A stretch of 64,000 nt of DNA, taken from positions 929,820 through 993,819 of the forward strand of contig NMRA01000050.1 of the NCBI GenBank assembly GCA_002633005.1, read 5' to 3'. This DNA comes from Phoronis australis (taxonomy: Eukaryota; Animalia; Phoronida). The translations under genes and the position numbers were made by a program. Positions 1-22,116 of this stretch are shown piece after piece (the stretch's first letter is position 1; the number at the start of each line of letters is the position of its first letter). The notes beneath the pieces are model-generated. The model was given only the letters and a program-made list of their open reading frames with translations, made no database searches and was not told where the DNA came from.

Positions 1-3000
1 ACGTCTTGTGGCAATGATAAAAATAATTGTTTCTACTATGATTGATAACAAGTTTTACTCTGATGAGGTATGATGCAATATGCATGTCTAATATGCAGAT
101 CGGCAGTTGCAAAAATATTTACTTGGTTTAATGAATCCGTTTGATATGAACCACTGCAAAAGTATGATTACTAATTGTACATTCGAAGTACGCCTCATTA
201 GAATAAAAACATACACATGCTTGATGATCCTGGGAGTACCTCTATTAGAGGCATGAATGAAGATATATAGTTGTCAAGCCATAAAGGATAATAAGGCTTA
301 CATAATATCACACTGAGCCATCTACACCAGGCACATACAAAGGATACAGTATTTCAAAACAATCCATAACTACTCATTTTTCATAGTCATAACTACTCAT
401 TTTTCATAGTATTACTAAATCACGAAGGCCTAGATTTATATAAGAAGTTACATAGTACGAAGCTACATAACCTGCTCTCCCACATTTATGGGAGGCCTAA
501 TTTGCAACATTTAACAACATATTTAACTCTCCAGGACCAAAACCAAACATAAATATCTCAAAACCAGAAATTTTACTTAAGAAGGAATTAAAACAATACA
601 TTGAGATTGTTTTCACACAGATGACCAAAACATAAATGAAAGCGCTCCGAGGAGCGAACCTTGGCGAAATTAACCAAAAAGATGACGATAAAGATGATGA
701 CGAATATGACGAAGATGGTGGCGAGGATGAACAAAAGAAGTTAATAACATTCACCTGACGAACGTAGGAGTCCGAAATCAGTAAGAAAAAGGCTAGTCTT
801 GAGCGACACTTGGCGAAATTAAGGAAAAGACGGAGATGATGACGAAGATGATGACGATGATGACGAATATGATGATGTTGGTGGCGATGATGAACAACAT
901 CACAACATTCATATGACGAATTTAGATGTCATAAATCATTAAGAAATAGGCTGCAGTCTAGTTCAATTGAAGCTAAACCAACCTGTATGCAGCAAGAGCG
1001 CTCAACAAAGGAACAGCGTTATCAGAAAATCTCAAATAACTCAAAAAGTAGACGTCGTAGAGAAAAATGAAAAGCATCTTCTGAAAGCCCCTTCAAAGTT
1101 CTATCTAAAGTGATGGTATCGCCTAATTCCGTAAATTTTTCGAAAAAAATGAAATTTTGCGATTTTTTTAAGAAATTCAAACTCAAATAACTCGAAAACG
1201 GTAAGTCTGAGAAAAAAATTGTTACAGTTCATATGAAAGAGTATTCGTTAGAGAATCCACATGCCAAAATTCACGTCATTTTCTTCTCTCGTTTAAATGG
1301 CACCTAAGTACGGCTGAAAATAGGTCAACATGAGCCAGAACCGCCATCTTGAAAGCAACTTCCGATTTTTCGGCTTTGTTTAATAGCATGTCATAAGAAA
1401 CTAATACTTGTAAAAATTCGAAGGAATTGGTCCCATAATGCGCCCTCTACGGGAGAAAACGTTTTTAGCCCAAAATCGAGGTGCGCATGCGCGATCGCCG
1501 ATATTTCCGCTATCTTTAACCGGAAGTAAACAATTTCCGGCATATATGTAATGCACATCCGGGCCATTCATTGTGCTCATTTTCAGCTTTGTACGTAAAA
1601 AATTGTAGCCTCCAGAAGCCTTTGAATCTTAAAATGAAAACAAAATGGCCGCCACAGCCGCCATCTTGGATCCGATTTCGACGAAAAACAATAGGCTTCC
1701 AGTACTTCCGGAAGTACGTGTTATGTGTAAATTTCATGATGATCGGACGAAAATTGCGACCTGTATCGTGCGCACAAACAAAAAAAAAAAAAAACAAAAA
1801 AAAAAAAATTTAGTGGAAGAGCAACATACTTGGCGAAATTTATTTCGCCAAGTAATAAAGACCAAAATTCACCACGTCAAGACTGAAAATTTTTCACATC
1901 AGCACCTATAATTTATCAAGTGAGGACCAATTCTTCACTACAGGATCAAAATAAAATACGACAGAACTGAAAATTTAATAAGTCAGGCTCAAAAACTTAC
2001 CACTTCAGTAACTTTACATGCCAGAACACCACGTCACCATCCCCAAGCATTGATCCTTCAAAGTGATAATGTCTTTACTATGCGTATAAACAAGGGCTAG
2101 ATGTTCAACCTCTTGCCGACGAGACATGTTGGAAATGCGGTTGAATTTCTTTCGTCTAATCCACGTTTTACAATAGATGCCAATGTATAGTTACACACTG
2201 GATTGTCATCATTGCATAATGGGTGATCACGTAGTCTTCGGGCATGAAAACGATATTCTCTCCTGGCTTGATAAGTTTTCTGACGAAATAAATCCTGGTT
2301 GCCAATTGTTTTTAATTCTACAGAGATTTCAATTCCTGAATAGAAAATGTGTGTTCTCGAATTTTTCCGCTTCAGCTTTTCATTCAACTAACTAGTGCAC
2401 AGCACAGTGTTTTTACTATCCTCCCGTGGCGGCTCCACTGCAACGAATCACTTCTGGTACAACCTGCTTTAAATGACGTTCGTATTTTGCACATTTCTTC
2501 GGGGTAACAGTTTTCCAAGAGCTATATATTCATTGGACAAGTTTCTGTTTGGTATTCAGTTTTATTTTCTTTCTCAGGTTGTCCTTGAGCTCATGCTCTG
2601 AATGTTTTGAAAACGCAACTCTTAATTTCTTTACGCAGATACCGTTTTCTGCCCGTGGACACCGACTCGCTGAATTCATCCACCAAACATTTATTTTTGA
2701 AAATGCCCTCAAAAGTGTACTTTTTTAAAACACCCGTGTTGATCATAGTCTTCAGTGTAGAAAAGCGAAAAGAACAAATTTGTACACACTGCTCAAAGCA
2801 CTTTAGTGGACATACGGAAATGCCTGTCTTAACAACGCTGCATGTGCTTGGCATTTCTGATAAAGCGTTCTCATGCTGGAAACTTTTTTAAAAATTGTAT
2901 TTTTTCTCACAGCTGAGCACAGAACAATTATTCTGCAATTTTAGGACTAAAACGGAACCAAATCTCGAGTGGTGACTCATTAGAATGCGCAAAACTCGAG

Positions 3001-4270
3001 GAAGGGTGGCGATACACGCATGATTTTTTTATTTTCGCGCCAAACATGTAGTTGCCACTTCTCATTCAGCGTCACTTACTACCTAAGGTGGCCAGATCAT
3101 ACGCTATAAATATCACCAGACGCTTTGCTTCTCAAAAGTGCACCTTGATGTATTTCCTATCATTTTTTTGCCCTCGCAATCGCTTTACCAAAGATTCACG
3201 CACATATGCCGCGTAGAATCAAATACCTCTTCACCACGTATTCACATCTTTCCGTTCACAATTGTTTTATTTTACTTAATTTGTCAATATGTTGTTGACA
3301 GAAAATATTTATTTTTGGAACAACGTGAACGACCAACTGATAGGGGCCTACGTGTACATGTAACTAGCCCAGATTTTAACGTCACCGATACATGAAAACA
3401 GTATGGGCAAAGCTACAATTGGCTGTAGCCTCAACAGTGGTCATTCCGTGTTTGATGTCGCCGTCTTAGTATGTGGAAATCGTAACCATAGTATGATTTC
3501 GAAGTTAGTGCCATCAAAGTACGTGGGTTTAGGGCATACTGGACCGTGAATTACGCGTCTGTACTGCAAGGGTCAATACTATGAAAATAAAATCACCTGA
3601 GTGAGAACTCTTCGCGGTGTAACAACTCACTCACTAATCCATCATCATGGGCGCGTGATAGGAGACCGGTGAATAACGTAAAAAACGCAAAATGATGCAG
3701 TTTGGCGTTACACAAACAAAATCAATTGTGGGCGGAGACTGCGAAAAATAGCCTTTTTTTTACAAAATGAGTACAGCGTTGTATTGACCGGGAAGCAACC
3801 AATCTAATACAACTTGTTAACATCACGAGTCAAATTAAAGATCAAATGTAAAGAAAACTTCATGTTTTTCATCCAAAACTTATTGCATTGTCCATAATCC
3901 AATGTTTACTATTGCCACTTGCCCTCAACCTTCGAATTAGTGGTGTTACACAACCGACGTGAACTCATGTAACCGAGACAGCAAAACTAGGTTAATTTAT
4001 TTGACCCTGTGCTAAGACGAACATGCATCGACACGCAAAGTGGTATGAGCCTGACGACTTATTACGCATCTGCTACTCTAGCCTAAAAATAGCAGCAGGT
4101 TGGCTGAAGGGTCGGCTGGGGATTCGCCTTGTGACTCGGCACTGCGGGTGGCTGCCGGTCAGCTAAAAATTAGCCGACCGGTCGGCTAAAAATTAGCCGA
4201 CCGGTCGGCTAAGACGGCCAGTCGTCGACCAATTTCCGATCGGGCGGACAAAAATTCGTGATGTGTGCTG
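1..4270 (-). mobile_element. Non-autonomous TIR DNA transposon (TA-TSD, Tc1/mariner-like), truncated by window edge; inverted copy of 51997-56072
   Basis: Position 1 onward is the reverse complement of 55129 downward; ends in ...AAAATTCGTGATGTGTGCTG (4270) followed by TA; subterminal GCCGACCGG repeats; no long ORF. Confidence 0.85.
633..1857 (-). mobile_element. Helentron-associated interspersed element (HINE/DINE-1-like) nested in the TIR element
   Basis: Absent from the sister copy near 54455; palindrome ACTTGGCGAAAT-TT-ATTTCGCCAAGT (1828-1853), A/ACAA simple run next to it, subterminal CTTGGCGAAAT (660-670) beside hairpin CGCTCC-GA-GGAGCG (643-656); internal ~150-bp tandem units with GAT/GAC repeats. 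Confidence 0.75.
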
Positions 4271-4437
4271 TAAATTTTCCACTTTTTTCCGTTACAGTTA
4301 AACCATTGGTTAATTTGTGATGTAATACTGAAGAATTAATGCTGAGGAACTTTCTCCTCGTTGGAAAAGCACAGGCACATTTCCCCAGTGATGAATAAGG
4401 ACCATGTTTGTATATAGGTTGTACTCATCTCTTTCAG

Positions 4438-4599
4438 GACCTGCCGAATGCTCTGTCTCCGGCAGAAGTGACCACTGGACTCAGTTTGGGCTCGCTGCGC
4501 AACAGGGACTGGTACATCCAGGCCACTTGTGCTACTAGTGGTGATGGCTTGTATGAGGGCCTCGACTGGCTGTCAAATACTCTGAAAAAGAGCCCATAA
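4438..4599 (+). CDS. Terminal coding exon of an upstream ADP-ribosylation factor (ARF) paralog; earlier exons lie outside the window
   Basis: ctttcag acceptor, then [53 protein letters not shown]; same intron position as ARF exon at 15658. Confidence 0.9.
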   Translation, partial: DLPNALSPAEVTTGLSLGSLRNRDWYIQATCATSGDGLYEGLDWLSNTLKKSP

Positions 4600-6862
4600 A
4601 CCTTCCAACAGACATGACTGCCACTGACATTGTAGATTGACATGGAGTCTGGGACTGAACACTGGGACTGTGTTATGTGACTGGTTTTCCGCGACATAGC
4701 GGCACTTGATTTTGGTGGGACAAGAAACTGCAGCTGTGTGTGGACGCTTCATTTTGTGTTCCATTGTTTTCCATGTTTTCATTCTTTATGTGATTAGTCG
4801 GTATACTTGTATAGTTTGTTCACGAGTTGCATTTAAAAATCCTATTCTGTATAAGTGTGTTGAGCTGACCAACACAGCTCTGTGTAATTTATACCTTCTT
4901 TGTAGTCCTACAAGTTTTGATTGGAGTGTTGGCATAGCTCAGTTCCTACCTACTTGTACAATCTGATGGTACGAACTGTCAGGTAAAGGTGATCTAAGAC
5001 TTACAGTGAACCTAAACAACGTGGCTGCTGCACTAACTGACATCGCTCAAGTTGAGGATCAACTCCATTATCTTACTTAATTGCAAATTATTCAGTATTT
5101 GCGAATCAAAGCAATGATACTGATAAGTGATCATTATAACCCAGAGTTTAGTCATTAAAATTTTATAAAAGTATCATCCTATTTACTCATTGCTGTTACA
5201 AAATAAGCTTATTGCAATAAAACAAGTGAGAGATGCATGACAAGTTGACACAAATAAGACAGATAAGACGGTGAGAGAGAAATGTTAGCAGGTGAGTATA
5301 TGGCAGGTGGGGAGTGTAAGAAGGAGGGAGAGTGATGAACAAGTTAGATCATAGCCACTTTGTTAAAATGCAGTTATCCACTATGGAGGGATGCAGATCC
5401 GTAGTCAATCAACATACACTGTTGTTTTCTTGTCATGTAATTGGAGATCTCGGGGACAGAGTTTAAATGCAATTGAGAATTGGACGTATATTGTAAAAAA
5501 ATTCAATCTGTAATGTTTTAACACCATTTTGTGATGACAAAGTAAGATGGATGAGCATGCAAGTACTAGCTTACATGTTCGTACTGTCAAACATGGGGGT
5601 GGACTCAGAAACATGGTGTGTGGACCCCTTGTCTGTATTCCATATTGGGTAATCAAACTAAACTAGACGAGTGTTGCCAGAACTCTGTCAGTGTCTACTA
5701 TACTTAGGGCAAACTTAGCAAAATTCTTTAACAGTTTTACTGAACATTTGTCAATAAAATATCAGTTTTGTCGAATTGTATTCACATGATGTTATTGCGC
5801 CTAGCTGTTAATTGTTTATTTGTGATTGGCCATTGCAAGTTGCCAAGATAACAAAAAAGTATGTGAATAAGTATATGATGAGACTTACTCAGGTGTTCTA
5901 GTGGAAAAGTAATGAATAATTAGTAGCAGTTATGTGCATCAAACTAAGCTTATTTTTCAAGTTGCTGTACTGGAGAGAACATAGTGTATAGACTTTTTGA
6001 CACTATTTGTTTTTTCTGTTCATAGATCAATAAGTCTAATATTGGCACTCTTTTCTGTTATTTTGCTTGAACAATTTTTTTCATAAGCTGGGCATGGGTA
6101 GTTTTTAAGATTAATAAATTCTGCTGCAGGCATTCTTTTAAACATGCCATTCATGATAGTATTACATAATTTGGTGTTTGAAATTCAGAATTAAACTATT
6201 CTCTTCATGTACATTAATTCTGGTTTAACTTTTTGGGAACTCTTAGTAAACGTTAGTGTCATAGGTAGAATTACATTTATTGTTTTAACTCGCTGTATGC
6301 GGTATATGCATGTATTTAGGCTTATGGGCCTGCAGGCAATTATATGCATTTTTGGATATAATTTCGAGGTATACGCCTAGGCTACCCTTATCCGCATACA
6401 TAGTTGGCTATTCTTGCTGTTCTGCAAATCCTAACTGGTGTTGATTCATATGTTGTTTGTCCTGTCTTTTGTTAATGTTAGACTGAATACATGTGGTATT
6501 CACCAAGCTGTATCATAACGAATAATATAATTTGGATATCTGCTCTCGGGGGTTTCACTGAAGTGATTCACAGAAACGCACCTAACTGCGGATTTTGGTG
6601 CAGCTTGACCTGTATGTACATAGACCAAAATTCATGCGTATACAGTATTTTTTGGAAATGCATTTCCTGTGTACAGTTCATCAATAAACTTTCTCGTAAA
6701 CGTTGATCGTTGTCATTCATTTTGAGATTGTGAGGAACAGAAATGGCTTAGGGTGTCTTATTGTCATATGGATTATATTTTGTGTTCAGAATTTCACAAT
6801 GTTTTGCTATAGCTTGTATTGCTTTTGTAGTTAACTTTTGTGTCTTTTCTTTTTACAGATAA

Positions 6863-15822
<8,960 letters not shown>

Positions 15823-16957
15823 CTGCAGCTGCAGTATCCTGATGTAACACTGTTGTAGCAGACTGTCACAATCAGCCATCAAGATAACATTGTATCATAT
15901 GGGAACTGAGTAATATGTGGGCTACATGGTCACCTGCATGTTATATGTACTGCTTACCTCACTCATATTCTGCTAGCAAATAGCATGCTTACCAGGCAGT
16001 CGTGTTATGGATACGTTCAAGGCAGAGTTAGGAATCTGTTGCTCACGTTTGGTTCTCTTTGAAAACTCATGATCGAAGCCCGTCAGTGGAGCTAGATTAG
16101 GAAATTAGTTCTTACAAACGTATTCCAAGGTTTTGGTAGGTAGACATCGTCACATCTATTGATTTTGGAGTTTCAGTAATTGGCGAGACTAAAGTAGTGC
16201 ATATTTATTCATTAACCCTGATCTAATTGGATGATGGCTGCAATTTGCCCCAAGCCCTGGTGCTGCAGTTGTCCAGGTGTTCTCCTATATCATGAGTTTC
16301 TGAGCAGTTGTTGCTTGTATTGAAGTTAATGAAATGCCATGGACATTATATGTCAACGCCAGGTTATTTGTATGAAGGTCTATGAGTATGTGTACATAAA
16401 TTAACATTTCCATATTTTTATGTACCTATGTTGCTCGTTGTGTAACAAGCACTAGGTATTCTTTGATTCTTGTATGTTATTTTGAAGGTATGTGTCATAG
16501 TTTGTCAGATATTTTCATTTATCTTAGCATGCTGTTATGGACTACAACTGCAGAAAATAAAAATTGTCATATTTAATCAGCAAGTTTCCATATCAATGAA
16601 TAGCTATGGGGTAGGTTGTATGGGGGTGGGCCAAGTTTGTGACTATTGCTGCATCCTATGCATGTTGTCACCCAGACAACAAAATGTCCTGCCTTAGTCT
16701 AGGACCTAGGTGAAATACATGTATGGTAATGTCTAAAACAAAGTTGCGATAGTAAAACATGTGCCAAGTAAAGCTCTTGAGTTGATCTATGATATGCCAC
16801 AAGTCTAAGAATACTTTAATAAGTGTATAGTTGAGCACATTTTTTAGAAAGTGGAACAATGGCCATCCCCATACTCGGAGGGCGGAGTTGATCTGTATGT
16901 ATTACCATTCAAATATACTGTAGTTGTGTAAGGAACCGTGTAGTATTGAATAATTTC

Positions 16958-17750
16958 AGGGCTGTTCCAGCAAAATCTGTATGGGAGGGGGGGAAGGCAC
17001 TTTTATTTCGTACCCACCGCCCATATTTTTCATTTATTTCTCCAACCCATGACCCATAATTTTTTAATTATTTTTAATAGGTTAAAATATAAAATCCAAC
17101 ATTTGCAAACAAATTGCCTCCAGGAGGACCTGTTAAGAACTTAGATGATTGACAGACAAGAACTAGTTGTCTTGTCGAATATTGTCAAAAACTAAAGTAG
17201 CATGTGAGCAATACTTTTGGCAGCCACTAGGTGTCTCTGTTCACCATGTGTCTATAATTTCAATGAACATTTTTTCAATTACAAGGATCTATGAATCTCA
17301 AACTGTCTCCACGAACTCTTTGATACTTCTATGTCAAGTGAATATTGGAACTTGTTTATCTTACTCCTCATACTTTTATTTAAAAATCATCAATTTTGTT
17401 ATATGTGTTAACACCAGTTTAGTGTTGCATAACTTTTCAATCCAATAGGACTGCACAACAGTAGTTGGCTCAAATCAAGTTGCCCATGACTTGATTAATG
17501 GCTTAGTGAACATATTGCACTCTGTTCACTGGCAATATGGGCTTTTTTGTACTGCTTTTTTTGAGTTTTGGCGGCTGAAGTAACCAACCTGTCAACATTA
17601 ACAGGTCAAAAAATACCACCCATTTTTAATCCATCACTTCTTACAGGAACGACCACCCATAATTTGAGTTTTTTTCTGAAGACCACCACCCATGAATTTT
17701 TATTTCTAGTGCCGTCCCCCCCCTCCCACACGGATTTTACTGGAACGGCC
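16958..17750. mobile_element. MITE with ~45-bp imperfect TIRs
   Basis: AGGGCTGTTCCAGCAAAATCTGTATGGGAGGGGGGGAAGGCACT vs AGTGCCGTCCCCCCCTCCCACACGGATTTTACTGGAACGGCC; TSD not resolved. Confidence 0.7.
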
Positions 17751-20700
17751 AAAAACAACACCATGGTACCGTAACCAGGATACTTGGATTTTGGCACAAT
17801 CGTACTTGAGGGCATGTTCAATACCAAAATACGAGTACCGTATTCGCCCTAATTAGAAAAATTCGCTTCAGGAAGGAGGGCGCTTATTATAGCCCAAAGT
17901 GGTTGAAACCGGTCTGCGAAACAAGTGAAATCGTGAGCTAGATTTCATCAAATTTGCGCTGTGAGACGCAAATATAACCTATGACATTTTCTACAAAAAT
18001 TGCAGGGCATTGATATCAAACTTTGTTGTTAAATTTCGAGCATTTTCAGAAAATCACAGTGCGAAAACTCGTCGACTCATGCGTCGTTGCCTCGCTATCG
18101 CCGATAGGTCAACTAGAATTATTGAGTAAAAATGTAGTTTCAACTCAACAAATTACCTGAAGTCCTCTAGATATCAAAATAGTATCCCTAAGATTTTTAA
18201 GTTCCTGTGGAGTCTGGATTAACTGCATATTAAGTCTAAATCTGCGCTATATAGTACCAGGAAGAGATAACCAGGAAGGGACAACTTCCCACACGCAGTC
18301 ACGGGTATTTAAGCTTTTCCGTCGATGTATAGATGGCGCAGTAGTCAAGTACTCCCTCATTTGCATATCAAATTTGCATGTGGGAGTTATGAGACTCGTC
18401 AGTTTTGTTGTTGTCGAGCGCTTGAGTGGATAAAGCGGTGACCTCCCGCTGAGAGCACGCGCTGATGAAGATACCACAGCTAACTGATCACTTCGCAATC
18501 AGGAGGTGAAAACACTCTCCTTGACCGCAGTTCTGAATTCCAGCTAAGCAAGCCCTATTTCGAGGAGCGGATTGGATTGTTTTCGTCCCCAGACTGTAGA
18601 TTGCAGAGAAGATTAGAATGAGGTCAACATCGAACTTTCTGCGGCTACCTATCGTGTCGACAAAAGTTTGAAGTGTCAGAACCGTAGACGGAGCGCGCGG
18701 GATGTCTATGATTCCTGTTCTTCTTCAGTTGACGAAAACATTGCTATCGGCATAAAGAATGACCGTGGGAAATTCATTTTGAGGTGGACACCTGTATCCA
18801 AGAATAAATATACTCTGTTATATCTCACCCTCCGCGTTTCGTTTCTTTGACGTTGTTTGAGGTTGCGGTATCGTGAAACACTGACACCGTCGGGTGAGAG
18901 AAGTTGCACCGAATAACTGGAATTGGCTGCAGTTCTGTCCTTTAGAATGCCCGGTGTCATCTTTGCCGTTTTCTTCGCAAGTCTCTTGCCTGCCAAATTT
19001 TTTCTGAGCATTAAATACATAGGCCTTCTCCTGTGCCAGTCAACCTTTTATCTGCTACAGAAATGTTATGCCTAATTTTCTACCATTTTAGCACATTTTT
19101 TGGCTCGGCTACCGTGACAGTTAGCACTGCCATAATCGTATTTCTTAATTCCGCCACAGTATGCATACCTGGAAGTTAGTTTTGCTAAGTGTTTTTCCAA
19201 ATTAAGCCACAACAGTTGTTCATCATTAAATGCCTCAGATTCCTCGACCCCATGGACATTTCCGTCAACACAAAACACACCCTTGCCATTCTNNNNNNNN
19301 NNNNNNNNNNNNNNNNNNNNNNNNNNNNNNNNNNNNNNNNNNNNNNNNNNNNNNNNNNNNNNNNNNNNNNNNNNNNNNNNNNNNNNNNNNNNNNNNNNNN
19401 NNNNNNNNNNNNNNNNNNNNNNNNNNNNNNNNNNNNNNNNNNNNNNNNNNNNNNNNNNNNNNNNNNNNNNNNNNNNNNNNNNNNNNNNNNNNNNNNNNNN
19501 NNNNNNNNNNNNNNNNNNNNNNNNNNNNNNNNNNNNNNNNNNNNNNNNNNNNNNNNNNNNNNNNNNNNNNNNNNNNNNNNNNNNNNNNNNNNNNNNNNNN
19601 NNNNNNNNNNNNNNNNNNNNNNNNNNNNNNNNNNNNNNNNNNNNNNNNNNNNNNNNNNNNNNNNNNNNNNNNNNNNNNNNNNNNNNNNNNNNNNNNNNNN
19701 NNNNNNNNNNNNNNNNNNNNNNNNNNNNNNNNNNNNNNNNNNNNNNNNNNNNNNNNNNNNNNNNNNNNNNNNNNNNNNNNNNNNNNNNNNNNNNNNNNNN
19801 NNNNNNNNNNNNNNNNNNNNNNNNNNNNNNNNNNNNNNNNNNNNNNNNNNNNNNNNNNNNNNNNNNNNNNNNNNNNNNNNNNNNNNNNNNNNNNNNNNNN
19901 NNNNNNNNNNNNNNNNNNNNNNNNNNNNNNNNNNNNNNNNNNNNNNNNNNNNNNNNNNNNNNNNNNNNNNNNNNNNNNNNNNNNNNNNNNNNNNNNNNNN
20001 NNNNNNNNNNNNNNNNNNNNNNNNNNNNNNNNNNNNNNNNNNNNNNNNNNNNNNNNNNNNNNNNNNNNNNNNNNNNNNNNNNNNNNNNNNNNNNNNNNNN
20101 NNNNNNNNNNNNNNNNNNNNNNNNNNNNNNNNNNNNNNNNNNNNNNNNNNNNNNNNNNNNNNNACTTGAGTGAGCATGGTATACTGTGTGATTTATGTTG
20201 AATTATTCAACGGTTCTTTTAAGAACCATTTCACGCTATAGCTACAACCAACGGCCCTTTTAAGGGCCACTCAACACTTCCCAGAAGAACTGCTCACTTG
20301 AGAATGTTGATTTATAAACACGCTTTCGTAGTTTTCTCAGTAGGCCTATGTGAACCATAAATCAAAAACTGTCCGATATCTATGCTGCTATTGGGCAAGC
20401 AGACGACATAATCAGTCGGCACCGAAGTTTGAATTTTGTAATTAATTACCAGTAGCAATGCCAAAAGTTCTCATAATACCAACACTTCTACTATTGAAAG
20501 ACTTTGAAAAGCGTTTCAATGCCGAAATTAATATTTTTTTCGTTGTTTTGGACAGTAAAGTAGATGCAAGTATTTCTCGTCAAAATACACTGACCGGAAA
20601 CTGCAGCAGATAGGTCAGGAGAGTTCAACTCAGCACGTTAGAATATGCCGGAGTTGCGAATCTGTTGTCTATAATCTATGGTTGCAGCAACAAATTCAAT

Positions 20701-22116
20701 ACGAATCCATAAACCCTTTTACACGCACAATTAAATGTGCAAAACTGCTACTTTAATTTAATGCTCAAGCTATAAAACGAGTGCGTGTTGAAACACAACA
20801 TTGACCTTGGACCAAAGATGGAATTACATCAGGACCTTAGTAAGCGGGGGGAGGGCGAGTGCCACCCCAAAAAAATTGCAAGCCTCAGGGTTAAACCATG
20901 GTAACCGACAAAGGTGTGCGGGTGGGGAAAGACAAAAGAGAAAGATTTCGAATACTGATCAGAGAGAAAACTCAAGATAACTTTGACAACTCGGTATCAG
21001 TGTATGGTTTACCATTTGAGGGCCCTGACCAGGACAATTGTTGTTAGGGTCTCCGGTTTTGCAGCATAGGTCGTCTAAGCGCTCTTGAAAATGTGCACTT
21101 AATCATTCATGCATGTATTTCGAAAATTCGAGAAAATTTGTAAAGCAAAAATTTTGCGGAGCGTATTAATTCAGTCCAAGTTTTTCAGTGGTCCATAGGC
21201 GGTGCACTACAAGGGGGCTTTAGCCCCCACTTTTTTCAGTGCTGCGCCCTCTATACACCTCCAACATGACACTGCCAACTACTCACGAGGGGAAGTTGAG
21301 ATCCCAAATTCATCAAAAACACAAAACATTCGTGCACAGCACAGAAGCTGTGTTGTAAGGAATGGCGATGCGTCACTGAACTTAGTTGAAGGCTGAAGGC
21401 TGACTTCGAAAAATTCGATCCATCATCAGACCACCACTCGCAAAGAAGGACACTAAACGATAACAGTGATATTCATGAATGTATTGAATTAAAAACTAGA
21501 CCAAAGAAATTCGAAAATTTACAAACCGTAGATCGGATCGAAAAAGAAGTTCAAGTCATTGCTCATAAATTTGAAAGATTGTCTTTACATTTCCTTGATG
21601 CTTGTAGTTCCCAGTAGTATTGTGCAATGAATTTAGGTTCTTCTAAACCGAATCGTTTGCTTGACATTCCCGTGCATACTGCAAAGGCATGACACGTCGT
21701 GACTCAGTGACGCACCCACGTTAAAAATAAGGTGTAGTCATGCAGTAGGCTGCCCGCGTAGAATCTGCGCACAGTGATTGACAGGAAAAGACCTTGAACT
21801 GCAGGGGTTGAAGTGTGTGCATTTTTGGGACGCGCGTTCCATAGCATTCTCCCCAACCGCCTGGCACTAAGAAGCTGAACCAGTGGCCGTGTTTCAACAA
21901 GGAATTTTGATACAGATCTATAGGCTAAGGATTTCGGGATCATATCTTTCAAAAATATCTTCAAGCCAAATGATCGTATTAAAATGAACTTTTCCCGAAA
22001 CTGGGTCAAACAAAACGACCTTGGAGCTAGAACACGGGTCGGGTATAGGTTCGGTCAACGGTTAAGCCGCACGTCTGAAACGAATCATAGCGTCGAGCTG
22101 ACCAGCGACTAGCATT

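Noticed and set aside
676-900. Asp/Glu-rich-looking GAT/GAC runs as an acidic protein exon
   Set aside because: Frames closed by stops; they are internal tandem units of the HINE
19185-20201. Four ~300-aa ORFs in the track
   Set aside because: Artefacts of translating the N gap
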